A stretch of 64,000 nucleotides of DNA, from NCBI GenBank assembly GCA_963665275.2, contig CAXXIN010000007.1, forward strand, positions 1-64,000, in the 5' to 3' direction. Under the pieces are notes generated by a model. The model made no database searches. It had not been told where the DNA came from and worked only from the letters and a program-made list of their open reading frames with translations. Both the position numbers and the translations under genes were made by a program. This DNA is from Negativicutes bacterium. Lineage in GTDB: Bacteria; Bacillota; Negativicutes; UBA1444. Positions 20,394-30,450 of the stretch are shown in pieces; the first letter of the stretch is position 1, and each line of letters begins with the position of its first letter.

Positions 20394-21443
20394 GTGACCC
20401 ACAAGCAACTTTCTATTACCTTACTTGCCTTATTAATGTCTGCCACAGCCTCGCTCCCCATCGCTGCGGCTGCAAAACAGGAAGCTCCGCCTTCTCAGAG
20501 CGTCACAGGCAAAATTGTCGGCAAAGTCTCCTGTCAGGTATCCTCGATTGAAAAAAACGCTGATGGAACCCTCAAAAAATGCGTACTGACCGAAAACAAA
20601 ACCATTCCCGGCGCCGATTTCACTTGTTCCGCCAACAAACCTATGATATTGGACGCTGAAGGAAATTTGGCGCAATGTACACTGGCATTCGACCGTTCTT
20701 ATCCGGACCCTGTAGGGGTTGTTTGCGATGATGGGCATACCATCGACGTATACCCCAACGGAAATCTTGCCAAGTGCACGGCGGCAACCCAAAAAACAGC
20801 CGTTATTGTTGGTGGCGCATGTGCTGTCAACCAGCCTGTGGAATTCTATTCTGACGGTCAGCTAAAAGAATGTACGTCCGTTTCTGGCAGAAAAATTACA
20901 GAAACCACTACCAAAGAAGTTTATATTTCAGAGCTTACTTGTGCACCCAATAGCGTAGTTGCCATACACCCGAATGGAAAAGTGGCGAAGTGCACACCGA
21001 CCGATGCGGTCTTCATGCGCGGGAAGGGCACTTGCCTCGCCAATGAGAAGATACTGCTGCACCCGGATGGAAAGGTTCAGGAATGCACCTATACCTATCC
21101 GCTCTATCAGAACAGAAGCTGCAAAGTCGAAGACAGAGCCTCCTTCCACCCTAACGGGAACTTTAAAGATTGCACCCTGCCGGAAGATAAACCAGTAGGC
21201 AAAGCCATGTGCAAAGCCGACGCACCCGTGTCCTACCGGGCTGATGGATCCGTCGCATCCTGCACTCTGGCAGCACCTGCCGAACAGGCCCCCGGCAAAG
21301 TAATCCCGGCTGGAGCAGTGGTCACAATTGATGAAAAGCACGTGCTTACCGAAAAGCCTGGAACGGCTCCAGTAAAACCAGCTGCACCTCCTGCACCACC
21401 AGCAGCGCCTGCGAAACCGGCCGCTGCACCTGAGAAAAAATAG
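20394..21443 (+). CDS. Secreted cysteine-paired repeat protein of unknown function
   Basis: GGAGG RBS, signal peptide ending AAAA, eight C-x15/16-C repeats with (P/A/S)(N/D/E)G turns, Pro/Ala/Lys tail. Confidence 0.8.
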   Translation: MTHKQLSITLLALLMSATASLPIAAAAKQEAPPSQSVTGKIVGKVSCQVSSIEKNADGTLKKCVLTENKTIPGADFTCSANKPMILDAEGNLAQCTLAFDRSYPDPVGVVCDDGHTIDVYPNGNLAKCTAATQKTAVIVGGACAVNQPVEFYSDGQLKECTSVSGRKITETTTKEVYISELTCAPNSVVAIHPNGKVAKCTPTDAVFMRGKGTCLANEKILLHPDGKVQECTYTYPLYQNRSCKVEDRASFHPNGNFKDCTLPEDKPVGKAMCKADAPVSYRADGSVASCTLAAPAEQAPGKVIPAGAVVTIDEKHVLTEKPGTAPVKPAAPPAPPAAPAKPAAAPEKK

Positions 21444-21478
21444 TCTTTTATTTACGCACGAATTAAGTTACAGCAACA

Positions 21479-21519
21479 AAAAGGTCTGCCAACCGGAAAT
21501 ACCGGTTGACAGACCTTTT
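21479..21519. terminator. Bidirectional intrinsic terminator
   Basis: AAAAGGTCTGCCAACCGG / CCGGTTGACAGACCTTTT inverted repeat between convergent genes. Confidence 0.8.
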
Positions 21520-21570
21520 AATTTGTCGACTTCAGAATTTAAACTTTAAGCCGCAAGCCACCCTAAAACG

Positions 21571-21765
21571 TCATACGTAAATATCTACATTATGTCCTAA
21601 AAATGGATGAGTGAAGCTTTGGGCATTGCCGGTTCTGCCGCCGCCACTGGTCTCCTGATTCTGGCGAGCGGCTTCCAGGGACTTTTGCGCGACCATGACC
21701 CCGATCTTATCGGTTGCGAGCTTCACATTCGGCGTCTGTGCACGATTGACTACTGAAACATTCAT
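21571..21765 (-). CDS. Small protein resembling the YjfB (putative motility) family
   Basis: 64 aa; VMVAQKSLE and C-terminal HPFLGHNVDIYV; GGGGAAG RBS. Confidence 0.6.
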   Translation of the reverse strand: MNVSVVNRAQTPNVKLATDKIGVMVAQKSLEAARQNQETSGGGRTGNAQSFTHPFLGHNVDIYV

Positions 21766-21824
21766 TTTTTACTTCCCCCGGCTCAAAATTCCTTGAACGA
21801 CCCTAACTTACGAAAGAGGTCTGC

Positions 21825-22553
21825 TTACAGGCGGTCCAGCGCCAGCAGCAGCCCGTACAATAAAGCTTGGGGCCTCGGTGGGCATCCCGGCACATACACA
21901 TCGACCGGGACGAACTTATCCACCGCCCCTTCCTGTGCGTAGGTTTCGCCAAAAACTTTCCCTGAGCTGGCGCAAGCCCCCACAGCCATCACCAGTCGCG
22001 GTGTCGGCGTCGCCTTGAGAACTGCTTCGAGCGCCGGTCGCAGGTTACGTGTCACCACACCGGTTACCATCAGCATATCGGCATGTCGCGGAGATGCAAC
22101 GAAGTCGATGCCATATTGGGTGATGTCAAATACCGGGTTCAAAAGAGCGCTCATCTCAAAATCGCAAGCATTGCAGGAGCCGGTGTCGACGTGCCGGATA
22201 GCCAGCGACCTCCCTAATACCGAACGAATTTTCCGAGCAACGCTCTCGCCTAGATCCTCACATAGTTGGCCGCTCAAATGAGCGCATTCATAGTTGAGAG
22301 TATGCCGTAGGGCATTTTTTTCACAAAACTCAACACACCTGCCGCAAAAGATGCATGCATCAGAATCAACGCTTAGCTTGTAATTGCGCAACCCGATCGC
22401 ACCTGTGGGGCAAACTCCCACACATTTCATGCAATCGCGGCAACTCTGGTCTTCCACCTCGAGGCGGCCACGAAAACGCGCCGGGACCCCCGACATGAAA
22501 TAATCCTCGGTTGCTATCCCCTGTTGCATGATTTTTCTTAGCATTCTTAACAT
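21825..22553 (-). CDS. Hydrogenase-4-type small subunit: 2x[4Fe-4S] ferredoxin (HyfH-like) fused to NuoB/HyfI domain
   Basis: CRDCMKCVGVCP, CIFCGRCVEFC, GSCNACD, ASPRHAD, VGAC and PGCPP motifs. Confidence 0.88.
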   Translation of the reverse strand: MLRMLRKIMQQGIATEDYFMSGVPARFRGRLEVEDQSCRDCMKCVGVCPTGAIGLRNYKLSVDSDACIFCGRCVEFCEKNALRHTLNYECAHLSGQLCEDLGESVARKIRSVLGRSLAIRHVDTGSCNACDFEMSALLNPVFDITQYGIDFVASPRHADMLMVTGVVTRNLRPALEAVLKATPTPRLVMAVGACASSGKVFGETYAQEGAVDKFVPVDVYVPGCPPRPQALLYGLLLALDRL

Positions 22554-22563
22554 CGATATCCCC

Positions 22564-24078
22564 TCACCGGTCCAAACATGCGTAACACAGTTCGAAACTT
22601 TTATTGATCAACGGGAAATCCGGGATGATGTTTCCAGGCGCGGCAATGGTCAACGCCGGCCAGTTGGGATAGGAGGCGGAACGGATGAAGCAACGGTAAA
22701 TTTTTTGACTGGCGTCCAGCATTACCCAATGAAAATTCGCACCCCTGGCGGATTCACTCCAGCCAAGTCCGGTCGCCCAGGCAGCAGCCGGTTCCAACTC
22801 AACCCGAATCATCCCTTTGTGTTCCGCCAGCGCCGACAATGTCTGCTTGATAATTCCGCAGGATTCTCGAACTTCTGCCACCCTCAGCCACATACGATCT
22901 TCTACGTCGCCATGGGTTCGGACAGGAACTTTAAAGGAAAGTTGGGAGTAAGCCGCATAGGGATGATCGCGCCTCAGATCGATATCTATCCCGGACGCGC
23001 GGGCCGCCGGTCCAACGATGGCCAGATCCGCCGCCGCCTGTCGGGGCAGGATGCCGGTGCGTCGCACCCGATCCTGCACTCCTGCGCTTTCCTGAATGAT
23101 CGTGACCAGTTCATTAAAATCCAGTTCCAGTGCGTTGATAAGGCTCGAAGCCTGCCGGATGAGATCTCCGGTCAGATCAAAGGCCACGCCGCCTGGAACG
23201 ATCATGCCGCGCAAGAAACGGTTGCCTGTCAGTTCTTCATTGAACCGCATCAGCATTTCCTTTTGCCGTGCACCCTGGCTCGTTCCCACTGCGAATCCGA
23301 TGCCTGCGCACATATTGCCCACATCGCCGACATGATTGTACAAGCGCTCAAGTTCCGCCGTCAAAACCCTTATATAAGATGCACGAACCGGGATTTTCGT
23401 CGAACCCGTAGCCTCGAGGGCCTGGCAGAAAGAAAGGGCGTTGGATACACTGCATGCGCCGCAGGTACGCTCCACCCGCAAGATCGCCTGCGTGGCCGTC
23501 TGGCCCTCCAGAGATTTTTCCACGCCACGGTGTGTGAAAAACAGAGTGGGGTCCAGATGGATCACGTTTTCACCCGCCTGACTGAAACGGAAATGTCCGG
23601 GTTCGATGATGCCTGCGTGAATCGGACCTACCGGCACTTCAAAGACGCCTTCCCCATGAACATGAGGATGAGGGCTCTCTCGTAGCGGGGTTTTCCCCTT
23701 GGGAATTTTTTTAAAATCCTTACGCAGCGGATAGCAGCCTTGCGGCCAATTATTATGCAACACCAGGGGGCGCAGGTCGGGATGTCCCACCGGTGTAAGT
23801 CCGAACAGATCATGGATTTCCCGTTCATACCAGGCCGCAGCCGGCAAGAGCGGGGTGAGGGATGGGAATTCAGGCGGTTGCCCTTCGGCGATCCAGCCTT
23901 TAATAACAGCAAAATTTCCCGGTTCCGTGCCGGAAAAAATCACATAAATACAAAAATTTCCGTTGATCTGGCGTTCATCATTGGCAAACATTGCATGGAG
24001 AGGCAACCGGCCGCCCTTGGAAATCGCATTCGCGGCCGCACGCAGTCCAGATACCGCCACTTCTTTTACTACCGTCAT
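22564..24078 (-). CDS. Group 4 [NiFe]-hydrogenase-type large subunit (NuoC-NuoD fusion, HyfG/HycE-like)
   Basis: WYEREIHDLFG, VGPIHAGIIEPGHFRF, L1 ERTCGAC, ESARG and C-terminal L2 ELCYACLDR. Confidence 0.88.
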   Translation of the reverse strand: MTVVKEVAVSGLRAAANAISKGGRLPLHAMFANDERQINGNFCIYVIFSGTEPGNFAVIKGWIAEGQPPEFPSLTPLLPAAAWYEREIHDLFGLTPVGHPDLRPLVLHNNWPQGCYPLRKDFKKIPKGKTPLRESPHPHVHGEGVFEVPVGPIHAGIIEPGHFRFSQAGENVIHLDPTLFFTHRGVEKSLEGQTATQAILRVERTCGACSVSNALSFCQALEATGSTKIPVRASYIRVLTAELERLYNHVGDVGNMCAGIGFAVGTSQGARQKEMLMRFNEELTGNRFLRGMIVPGGVAFDLTGDLIRQASSLINALELDFNELVTIIQESAGVQDRVRRTGILPRQAAADLAIVGPAARASGIDIDLRRDHPYAAYSQLSFKVPVRTHGDVEDRMWLRVAEVRESCGIIKQTLSALAEHKGMIRVELEPAAAWATGLGWSESARGANFHWVMLDASQKIYRCFIRSASYPNWPALTIAAPGNIIPDFPLINKSFELCYACLDR

Positions 24079-25553
24079 TTACGCACCCCTCCCCCGACCA
24101 CGATTTCCGACGCTCCGCGAAGCAAGGAGTCCAGCCAGTCAGGAATATAAATTCCACTTACAGCCAAAACCAGAACCGAAATCAAAATAGCCGGCAACAT
24201 CCCCAGCGACATATCATGCTTCCCCAAGCTGTCCGACGGGGTCCCCAACGCCATTCCCAACATATAATATATCAACCCGGCAAAAACCCCGCCCAGTAGG
24301 AGGAGTGTGAACAGTGCCACCCACCAGCCTTCAGCGAACAGAGCCTGGACAATAATCAACTTACTGAGAAACAGGCTGAAAGGCGGCATGCCCGCCACAG
24401 CCAACACAACAACCACAAACAGGCAGCCCAAAATCGGCGCTGCGCCGATAATCCCACGGATACGCAGGATTTGTTTGGTGTGATACTGCTGGATCATAAC
24501 GCCGGCGACATAAAACAGAGCCGATTTACCGACCGCATGGTTGATGAGGTGAAGCAGCGCTCCGTACAAGCCAAGCGGGGTCCCTGTTCCGATTCCCAGA
24601 GCGATCAGTCCCATATTCTCGACGCTGGAGTAAGCCAGCAATCGCTTGATATCATGCTGGAGGAGCAGAAACGGCACGGCCACGGCGATGGAAAACAGAC
24701 CGAACCCCATCAAGAGTTTCCCTGCAGTGACCCCCACTTCCGGCAACAGATTGATCACCGCCATATTGCGCGCAATCGCATACATGGCGCAACTGAGCAG
24801 CGCTCCAGACAGCAGTCCGCTGATCGGCGTCGGCGCCTGGCTGTGAGCATCAGGCAGCCAGGTGTGCATAGGCGCCAGACCGGCTTTGGTACCATACCCA
24901 ATAATAATGAATACCACCGCCAGCCTGACGAGCGCCGGATTAAAGTGCACCGCTTGCTGTCGCAGTTGCAGCCAGCTCAGCGGTTGTCCGTCAATGAAGC
25001 CTGCCTGCACCTGGGCATAATAAAGCAAGATCAGACCCAAAAGAGCCATTGCGATACCGACGCTGCAAACCATCACATATTTCCATGCCGCTTCGAGGGA
25101 AGATCTGTTCAGGTAATAGGCGACCAGTAGTGCGGAAACCAGAGTTGTCGCCTCTACTGCGACCCACAACAGACCGATGTTTTCCACCACTAGCGTGAAG
25201 ATCATCGTCAAAACAAAAAACTGAAACATCGCATAATACCGTGGGATCATCTTTGTCGTCACATGACCCGCCTGCAATTCGTGGTTCATGTAAGGAAACG
25301 AATATAAAGCCGCTGTGAAACTCAGGAAACCCACAATCAGCAAAAACACTGCATTTAAGGGATCCAGCAGAAATATTCCTTGTTGGAACGGCCCCGCTGC
25401 AACAAGAAGCCTGACGATCCAGAACAAAGTCCCGGCGGTCACCGAAGAAGCGGCTAGATTCATCCATGACACCACCTCCGGATTCTTCACCCAGAGTGCC
25501 AACAGACCCGCTATCAAGGGTATGGCTAAAGCAAAGACTATAAAATCGAACAT
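24075..25553 (-). CDS. hyfF: Hydrogenase-4 component F-like antiporter subunit
   Basis: LEAAWKY, GYGTKAGLAPMHTWLPDAHSQAP and KRLLAYSSVEN motifs. Confidence 0.85.
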   Translation of the reverse strand: MFDFIVFALAIPLIAGLLALWVKNPEVVSWMNLAASSVTAGTLFWIVRLLVAAGPFQQGIFLLDPLNAVFLLIVGFLSFTAALYSFPYMNHELQAGHVTTKMIPRYYAMFQFFVLTMIFTLVVENIGLLWVAVEATTLVSALLVAYYLNRSSLEAAWKYVMVCSVGIAMALLGLILLYYAQVQAGFIDGQPLSWLQLRQQAVHFNPALVRLAVVFIIIGYGTKAGLAPMHTWLPDAHSQAPTPISGLLSGALLSCAMYAIARNMAVINLLPEVGVTAGKLLMGFGLFSIAVAVPFLLLQHDIKRLLAYSSVENMGLIALGIGTGTPLGLYGALLHLINHAVGKSALFYVAGVMIQQYHTKQILRIRGIIGAAPILGCLFVVVVLAVAGMPPFSLFLSKLIIVQALFAEGWWVALFTLLLLGGVFAGLIYYMLGMALGTPSDSLGKHDMSLGMLPAILISVLVLAVSGIYIPDWLDSLLRGASEIVVGGGVRK

Positions 25554-25557
25554 TGTT

Positions 25558-26181
25558 TCATCCCTTTAACTTTCGAAGTACTGTAGTATCGGTCGTCTGA
25601 AATGAAAGCTTGAGACGCCAGGTCAAAATGCCAAGTACGATAACGGCAACCAGCACATCGAAGAATACGCCGAATTCAATGATCAGCGGCAATCCCGCGG
25701 TCATGGACAAGCCCAACAGGTACAGTCCGTTTTCCATCATAATCAGACCGATGATCTGCAGTACGGCTTGTCGACGGGTGATCATGATGAGCAGTCCGAT
25801 CAGAAACAAAGCCAGGGCGCCGGATAATATATCCCTACTCACGCCGGGCAGCGCCTGATCCATCAGGCCGTAGGCAACCGCAAGCACAAGCGCGGCGGCC
25901 AAAGAGGTCTGATTATGAGAGATGATTGGTTTTTCCTCCCGCTCATCACGCAACCGTTTGACGACGCGAAACAATGCATACGGAATCATCCAAACTTTGA
26001 TCACGACAGTCAGCAATGCAGCAATATAAGTATGCATGGACTCGGCTTCGATCCCGCTCCACACGCAGGCCGCCGCCACAGCAACCGACTGGACCAGCAG
26101 GATCTGTATCCCCAGACGAAGACTGGAGACCCGTGTAATCAAGAAAGCAGTAAAGAGTAATAAAACGGTCAATAGGTTCAT
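25558..26181 (-). CDS. hyfE: Hydrogenase-4 component E-like membrane subunit
   Basis: Hydrophobic; QIIGLIMMENG, PLIIEFGVFFD and C-terminal LRKLKG. Confidence 0.8.
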   Translation of the reverse strand: MNLLTVLLLFTAFLITRVSSLRLGIQILLVQSVAVAAACVWSGIEAESMHTYIAALLTVVIKVWMIPYALFRVVKRLRDEREEKPIISHNQTSLAAALVLAVAYGLMDQALPGVSRDILSGALALFLIGLLIMITRRQAVLQIIGLIMMENGLYLLGLSMTAGLPLIIEFGVFFDVLVAVIVLGILTWRLKLSFQTTDTTVLRKLKG

Positions 26182-26196
26182 GCAACGTCCCCCAGA

Positions 26197-27096
26197 TCAG
26201 CGAGCCACAAGGGCCAGCAAAGATAAAAGGCCCGAAGCGGCCAAAAAATTGGGCAACCGGAACAAACGCATTTTGGCGGTGCTGGTTTCAGTTAACGCCA
26301 TCAACATGCCCAACAGAAATATTTTCCCTACTGTCCAGAAAAACTCCGACGGTAACAGACCCATCCAGTTCCATGGCAAAAACAGCTCAATAAACAGGAG
26401 GATCATCGCAAGCTGCCGGACATAAATCGACCACTGAAGCAGTGCCAGATGCCGCCCTGAGTATTCAATCAGCAAAGCTTCCTGAAACATGGTGAGTTCC
26501 AGATGAGTATCGGGATTATCCACAGGGATCCGGCCGCATTCCGCAATCGTCACGATGAAAAATGCCACTGCAGCCAAAACATAGGGCAAGGTGAAAGAGT
26601 GATTCACGGCAGCATTCGCCATGGCGCCAAGCTCGGTAGACACACCCGCTCCAGCGGCGGCGAGGATTGCGAGCAAAAAAGCCGGCTCCACCAGCACTGC
26701 CAGATACATTTCGCGGGAACTGCCCATGCCGCCAAAGGAGTTCCCGGCATCCAGCCCCGCCAGCGACATCGCAAAACGACTGAGTGCAAAAAGATATACA
26801 ATCAGGAACAGATCGGAAATCCCGCCGCTGGCCGAATCCAGAGCGAATGGAAGCAGGCCGGCAACTGCAAAGGCAGAGCCGAAGCAGACAAACGGCGTGA
26901 AATCAGTTATCCATGACGCGGTGCGGGCGATGACCAGATCCTTGGACATCAGCTTGAACAGTGTCAGATAGGGCTGCCAGGGCGCAGGGCCCCGACGGTT
27001 TTGCAGACGGGCCTTGCACCATTGGATGAAGCCCTGGATCAGAGGCGCCAGTGCAACGATCATCAGCGCCTGAATGAACATTTTCAATATCGGCAT
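26197..27096 (-). CDS. hyfC: Hydrogenase-4 component C-like (NuoH family) membrane subunit
   Basis: ARLQNRRGP, FGGMGSSRE, RIPVDNPDTHLELTM and EYSG motifs. Confidence 0.85.
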   Translation of the reverse strand: MPILKMFIQALMIVALAPLIQGFIQWCKARLQNRRGPAPWQPYLTLFKLMSKDLVIARTASWITDFTPFVCFGSAFAVAGLLPFALDSASGGISDLFLIVYLFALSRFAMSLAGLDAGNSFGGMGSSREMYLAVLVEPAFLLAILAAAGAGVSTELGAMANAAVNHSFTLPYVLAAVAFFIVTIAECGRIPVDNPDTHLELTMFQEALLIEYSGRHLALLQWSIYVRQLAMILLFIELFLPWNWMGLLPSEFFWTVGKIFLLGMLMALTETSTAKMRLFRLPNFLAASGLLSLLALVAR

Positions 27097-27105
27097 TGTT
27101 TCACC

Positions 27106-29142
27106 TCAGTTCCTGCTGATCCAGGCCAGTACCACAATCGTCACGATGAGAACATACCCAACGTAAAGTTGCACACTGCCGGCCTGTAACTGTTTCGCAT
27201 ATTTGGCCCTCTTGAGAATCCAGCGTTGCGCCGTATTGTATAGGATCTCGTCAAAAACGTAGTGGATGGTTTGATGGTAGGCCAATTTGCGACCCGCATA
27301 AAGATTTTCATTTTCATCGACGATCCGTTCCCTCTGGGAGCGCAGAACCCACCGAAACGCCCAACGGATCGGCTTGGAAAAGCCCATCGAGGTATACTGG
27401 TTTCTGTGCGTGGGAATGATGCCGCAGGCCCATATTTCTTGGATTTCCCTGTGTGGTTTTCCTTTAAAATAGTACAACCCCAGCGCAACCATACAACCGA
27501 TTGCAAATAGCACGACTACGGAATCGACCGAAAGGAAACCCTCAGCCGAATTTGCCTGAAATACGGTACCCATCCACTCTTGGCGGAACAAGCCAACCGA
27601 AGTGATGCCGGTAAACGGAGCCAGTACCTGATTGATCAGCCCAAGCAGAAACCCAGGATACAACCCGAGGCCAGCGCAACCAAGAGCCAGGGCTGCCATC
27701 GGCACTAGCGACATGACAGAAGTTTCTTTCGCAGCCTCTGCTTTTTTGGTCCGTGCACGTGCCAGAAAAGTGATGCCAAAGGCTTTGACAAAACAGGCCG
27801 CCACGAGGGCCGCCGTCATCCCGAGAGTGATGAACAACAAGCCGCCGAAGATCTTGCCTGACAGACCCGATATCGCCACAGGCAAAAAGAACAACGCCTG
27901 CAAGGTCATCCACTCGCTGATGAATCCGTTGAGAGGCGGCAATGCGGATATGGCAGCAGCCCCCACGAGAAAGAACAGCGCCGTGAATGGCATCTTGTGA
28001 ATCAGCCCGCCCATAGCGTCCATCTCGCGCGATCCGGCTGCACGCACCACCGATCCAGCACCCATGAACAGCAACGATTTGAATACCGCATGATTAAAAA
28101 CATGATACAAAGCAGCAGTCCATGCCAGTCCCGCGAGAAGCGCCTGATGATTCGATGCGTAGACCATGCCCGCTCCGATCCCCAGCAGTATGACACCCAT
28201 GTTTTCCAGACTGGAGTATGCCAATAAGCGTTTGATATCATTTTCCATCATCGCATACAGCACTCCCATGAAGGCGGAAAGAATGCCAAAACCCATTACT
28301 ACCATGCCCCACCAGGCAGGACCTACACCGAGAAACTCCAGATAAAAACGACACATCCCGTAAATCGCCGTTTTCAGCATAACGCCCGACAACAGGGCGG
28401 ATACGTGGCTAGGCGCAGCAGGATGTGCTTTGGGCAACCAGATATGCAACGGGATAATGCCCGCCTTGGTGCCAAACCCGATAAAGGCGAACAGGAACAC
28501 GAGATTCCGTGTGCTTTCCGGCAACGAAGTCCCGCCAAGCATCTGAAAACTGAGGCTGCCGGCCGACATCGACAAGAGGAAAAACGCGCCGATGATGAAA
28601 GCCGTTCCAACATGGGTCATGACCACGTAAACAAAGCCGGCCCTGACATTGGCCGCATGCTCATGTTCAAATAGGATCAGAAACAAAGAAGTCAGGCTCA
28701 TGAGTTCCCATACAATGAGAAAAACCGCGACGTGGCTGGCTGTGAGAACAAAGAAAAGCGAAAGCAAAAACAGGCTAAACAAGGTCGGCAGGATGAAGTA
28801 GCGGGGGGTATAGTGATCCGCCGTATAGCCAATGGCATACACTGACGCCGCAGCTCCGACAAAGCCCAACAGCAATACAAAAAAAGCCGCCAATGCATCG
28901 ATGCGGAAAGTTACCACTCCGCCATGCAGCCAAAGCCCTGCGTAAAAATGTTCAGTTGCGCCCTGCCCTAGAACCTTCCAGGCCAAAACCATCATTACAA
29001 TGCAACCGGCAGCCGCCAGTCCATGCGAAAGCCAGTTGGCAACCACGGGGCGTCGCAAGGTCAAGATAGCCGATAGGCTTCCCGCCAATAACAATCCAAT
29101 TACAATCTGAAAAAGAGAAAAAGGTTCCACCCTATTCACCAT
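27106..29142 (-). CDS. hyfB: Hydrogenase-4 component B-like antiporter subunit (start uncertain)
   Basis: WELMSL, GTKAGIIPLHIWLPKAHPAAPSHVSALLSG and LPPLNGFISEW motifs. Confidence 0.85.
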   Translation of the reverse strand: MVNRVEPFSLFQIVIGLLLAGSLSAILTLRRPVVANWLSHGLAAAGCIVMMVLAWKVLGQGATEHFYAGLWLHGGVVTFRIDALAAFFVLLLGFVGAAASVYAIGYTADHYTPRYFILPTLFSLFLLSLFFVLTASHVAVFLIVWELMSLTSLFLILFEHEHAANVRAGFVYVVMTHVGTAFIIGAFFLLSMSAGSLSFQMLGGTSLPESTRNLVFLFAFIGFGTKAGIIPLHIWLPKAHPAAPSHVSALLSGVMLKTAIYGMCRFYLEFLGVGPAWWGMVVMGFGILSAFMGVLYAMMENDIKRLLAYSSLENMGVILLGIGAGMVYASNHQALLAGLAWTAALYHVFNHAVFKSLLFMGAGSVVRAAGSREMDAMGGLIHKMPFTALFFLVGAAAISALPPLNGFISEWMTLQALFFLPVAISGLSGKIFGGLLFITLGMTAALVAACFVKAFGITFLARARTKKAEAAKETSVMSLVPMAALALGCAGLGLYPGFLLGLINQVLAPFTGITSVGLFRQEWMGTVFQANSAEGFLSVDSVVVLFAIGCMVALGLYYFKGKPHREIQEIWACGIIPTHRNQYTSMGFSKPIRWAFRWVLRSQRERIVDENENLYAGRKLAYHQTIHYVFDEILYNTAQRWILKRAKYAKQLQAGSVQLYVGYVLIVTIVVLAWISRN

Positions 29143-29196
29143 GCCTCGCTTGAAAATTCGCCCGGACCCATCCATTCCAACAGTCAGCAGCGTTAA

Positions 29197-30450
29197 TCAG
29201 CGTACCAGCTGGGAAACAAACACAAATTGAATTCCCTTTGCTTCAAGTTCTGGAATCATTTCGCGCAAGGCCGCCACCGTTGCCGGGCGGGCATGTCCAA
29301 TCACCGTGACGCTGCCCAGCCGCAACGCCATATCTCCGGCCGCACGCAGCTGCTTTTTGATATAAGTGGGGTCCGCCATCCCGTCCAGGAACAGATCATT
29401 CTCCGTCGTCTTCACTTTTTCTCGTCGGGCCGTTTCTGCGGCTACCGAGCGGCCATTCGTCCGGCTGTCAACGAAAAACAGCCCTTTTTGCCGAATATCC
29501 CTGAGTACGGTTTCCATCGTCGCACGATCCGCTGTGGCTTTGGACCCCTGATGATTGTTCACGCCGACAATTCCCGGCAGGCTGGCTGTCGCTTTGTCGA
29601 CGATTTCACCAATCTGCGTTGCAGTCATCCCAACGCGTATCGTCGTCGGAACCTCGGAGGCCTCGATGCCGGACATAGGTTCCATCGGCAAGTGCAACAT
29701 CACTTGGTGTCCACTGGCAAGGCCCCTGGCTGCAGCATCCTTGCTGAACTGCTTCAGGGGAATGACAGCAAAGGTAAACGAACGGCGTATCGCTGCGAAT
29801 TCGGTGACCATATCGTGACTATAACCGAAATCATCAATGATCAGAGCGATCTCGCCTTTATGCGCCGAGCTGGTTTTCTGACGATTCCCCTGGGCGATCG
29901 GCTTACTGGGTTTTTCGGCCAGATACAACCGATCACAGACAATGGACAAGGGCCCGCCACCCAACTGGTCCTGGAATCCGATGTCGAACCGAGTCACCGC
30001 GAAACCGTGGTATTGATCCGGTTCTGACTTCACAACAAGGCCGCCGGCTTGCTTAAGCGCCGCTTCCAGTGCTGTTCTAATGCTGCCGACGGAAACGCCT
30101 CCTGGACTTTCAATCAAGGAGTTCCGGGCATTCCAACGGATTTTTCCTTCAGTCTTTTGCCTGGGAGCTTCCTTCGGTTCCTGTTGGACGTCAGACACCA
30201 CCAGGTTCTGACCAGCCAGCACTTTGTCAACAACAGCATGCAGGGCATCGCAGCGGGCATTGAAATCAACATCATCCTTTGCCCCCGGCGTAGAACCCGG
30301 CGTTGGCGGCGTCGTCCCCGTCTGCTGAAAAACCAGATAAGCGGCAGCAAGTAAAACGATGAGGAGCGCAAGGAGAATTGTTCCCGCGCCCCAGTTGTTA
30401 GCTGTATTTTTTTTTGTTTGAGGCTTACTTTCCTTTTGCGACTTCCACAT
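29197..30450 (-). CDS. Membrane-anchored divergent polysaccharide deacetylase family protein
   Basis: N-terminal TM helix; ALIIDDFG, HLPMEP, NNHQGS, FVDSRT and IGHARP motifs. Confidence 0.88.
   Translation of the reverse strand: MWKSQKESKPQTKKNTANNWGAGTILLALLIVLLAAAYLVFQQTGTTPPTPGSTPGAKDDVDFNARCDALHAVVDKVLAGQNLVVSDVQQEPKEAPRQKTEGKIRWNARNSLIESPGGVSVGSIRTALEAALKQAGGLVVKSEPDQYHGFAVTRFDIGFQDQLGGGPLSIVCDRLYLAEKPSKPIAQGNRQKTSSAHKGEIALIIDDFGYSHDMVTEFAAIRRSFTFAVIPLKQFSKDAAARGLASGHQVMLHLPMEPMSGIEASEVPTTIRVGMTATQIGEIVDKATASLPGIVGVNNHQGSKATADRATMETVLRDIRQKGLFFVDSRTNGRSVAAETARREKVKTTENDLFLDGMADPTYIKKQLRAAGDMALRLGSVTVIGHARPATVAALREMIPELEAKGIQFVFVSQLVR

Noticed and set aside
21361-21430. GCACC/CCAGC-rich short repeats
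   Set aside because: They simply encode the Pro/Ala tail; not a CRISPR or DNA-level array
22528-23685. 385-aa plus-strand ORF, and the many other antisense ORFs in the track
   Set aside because: They lie opposite well-supported genes and show no domain signatures
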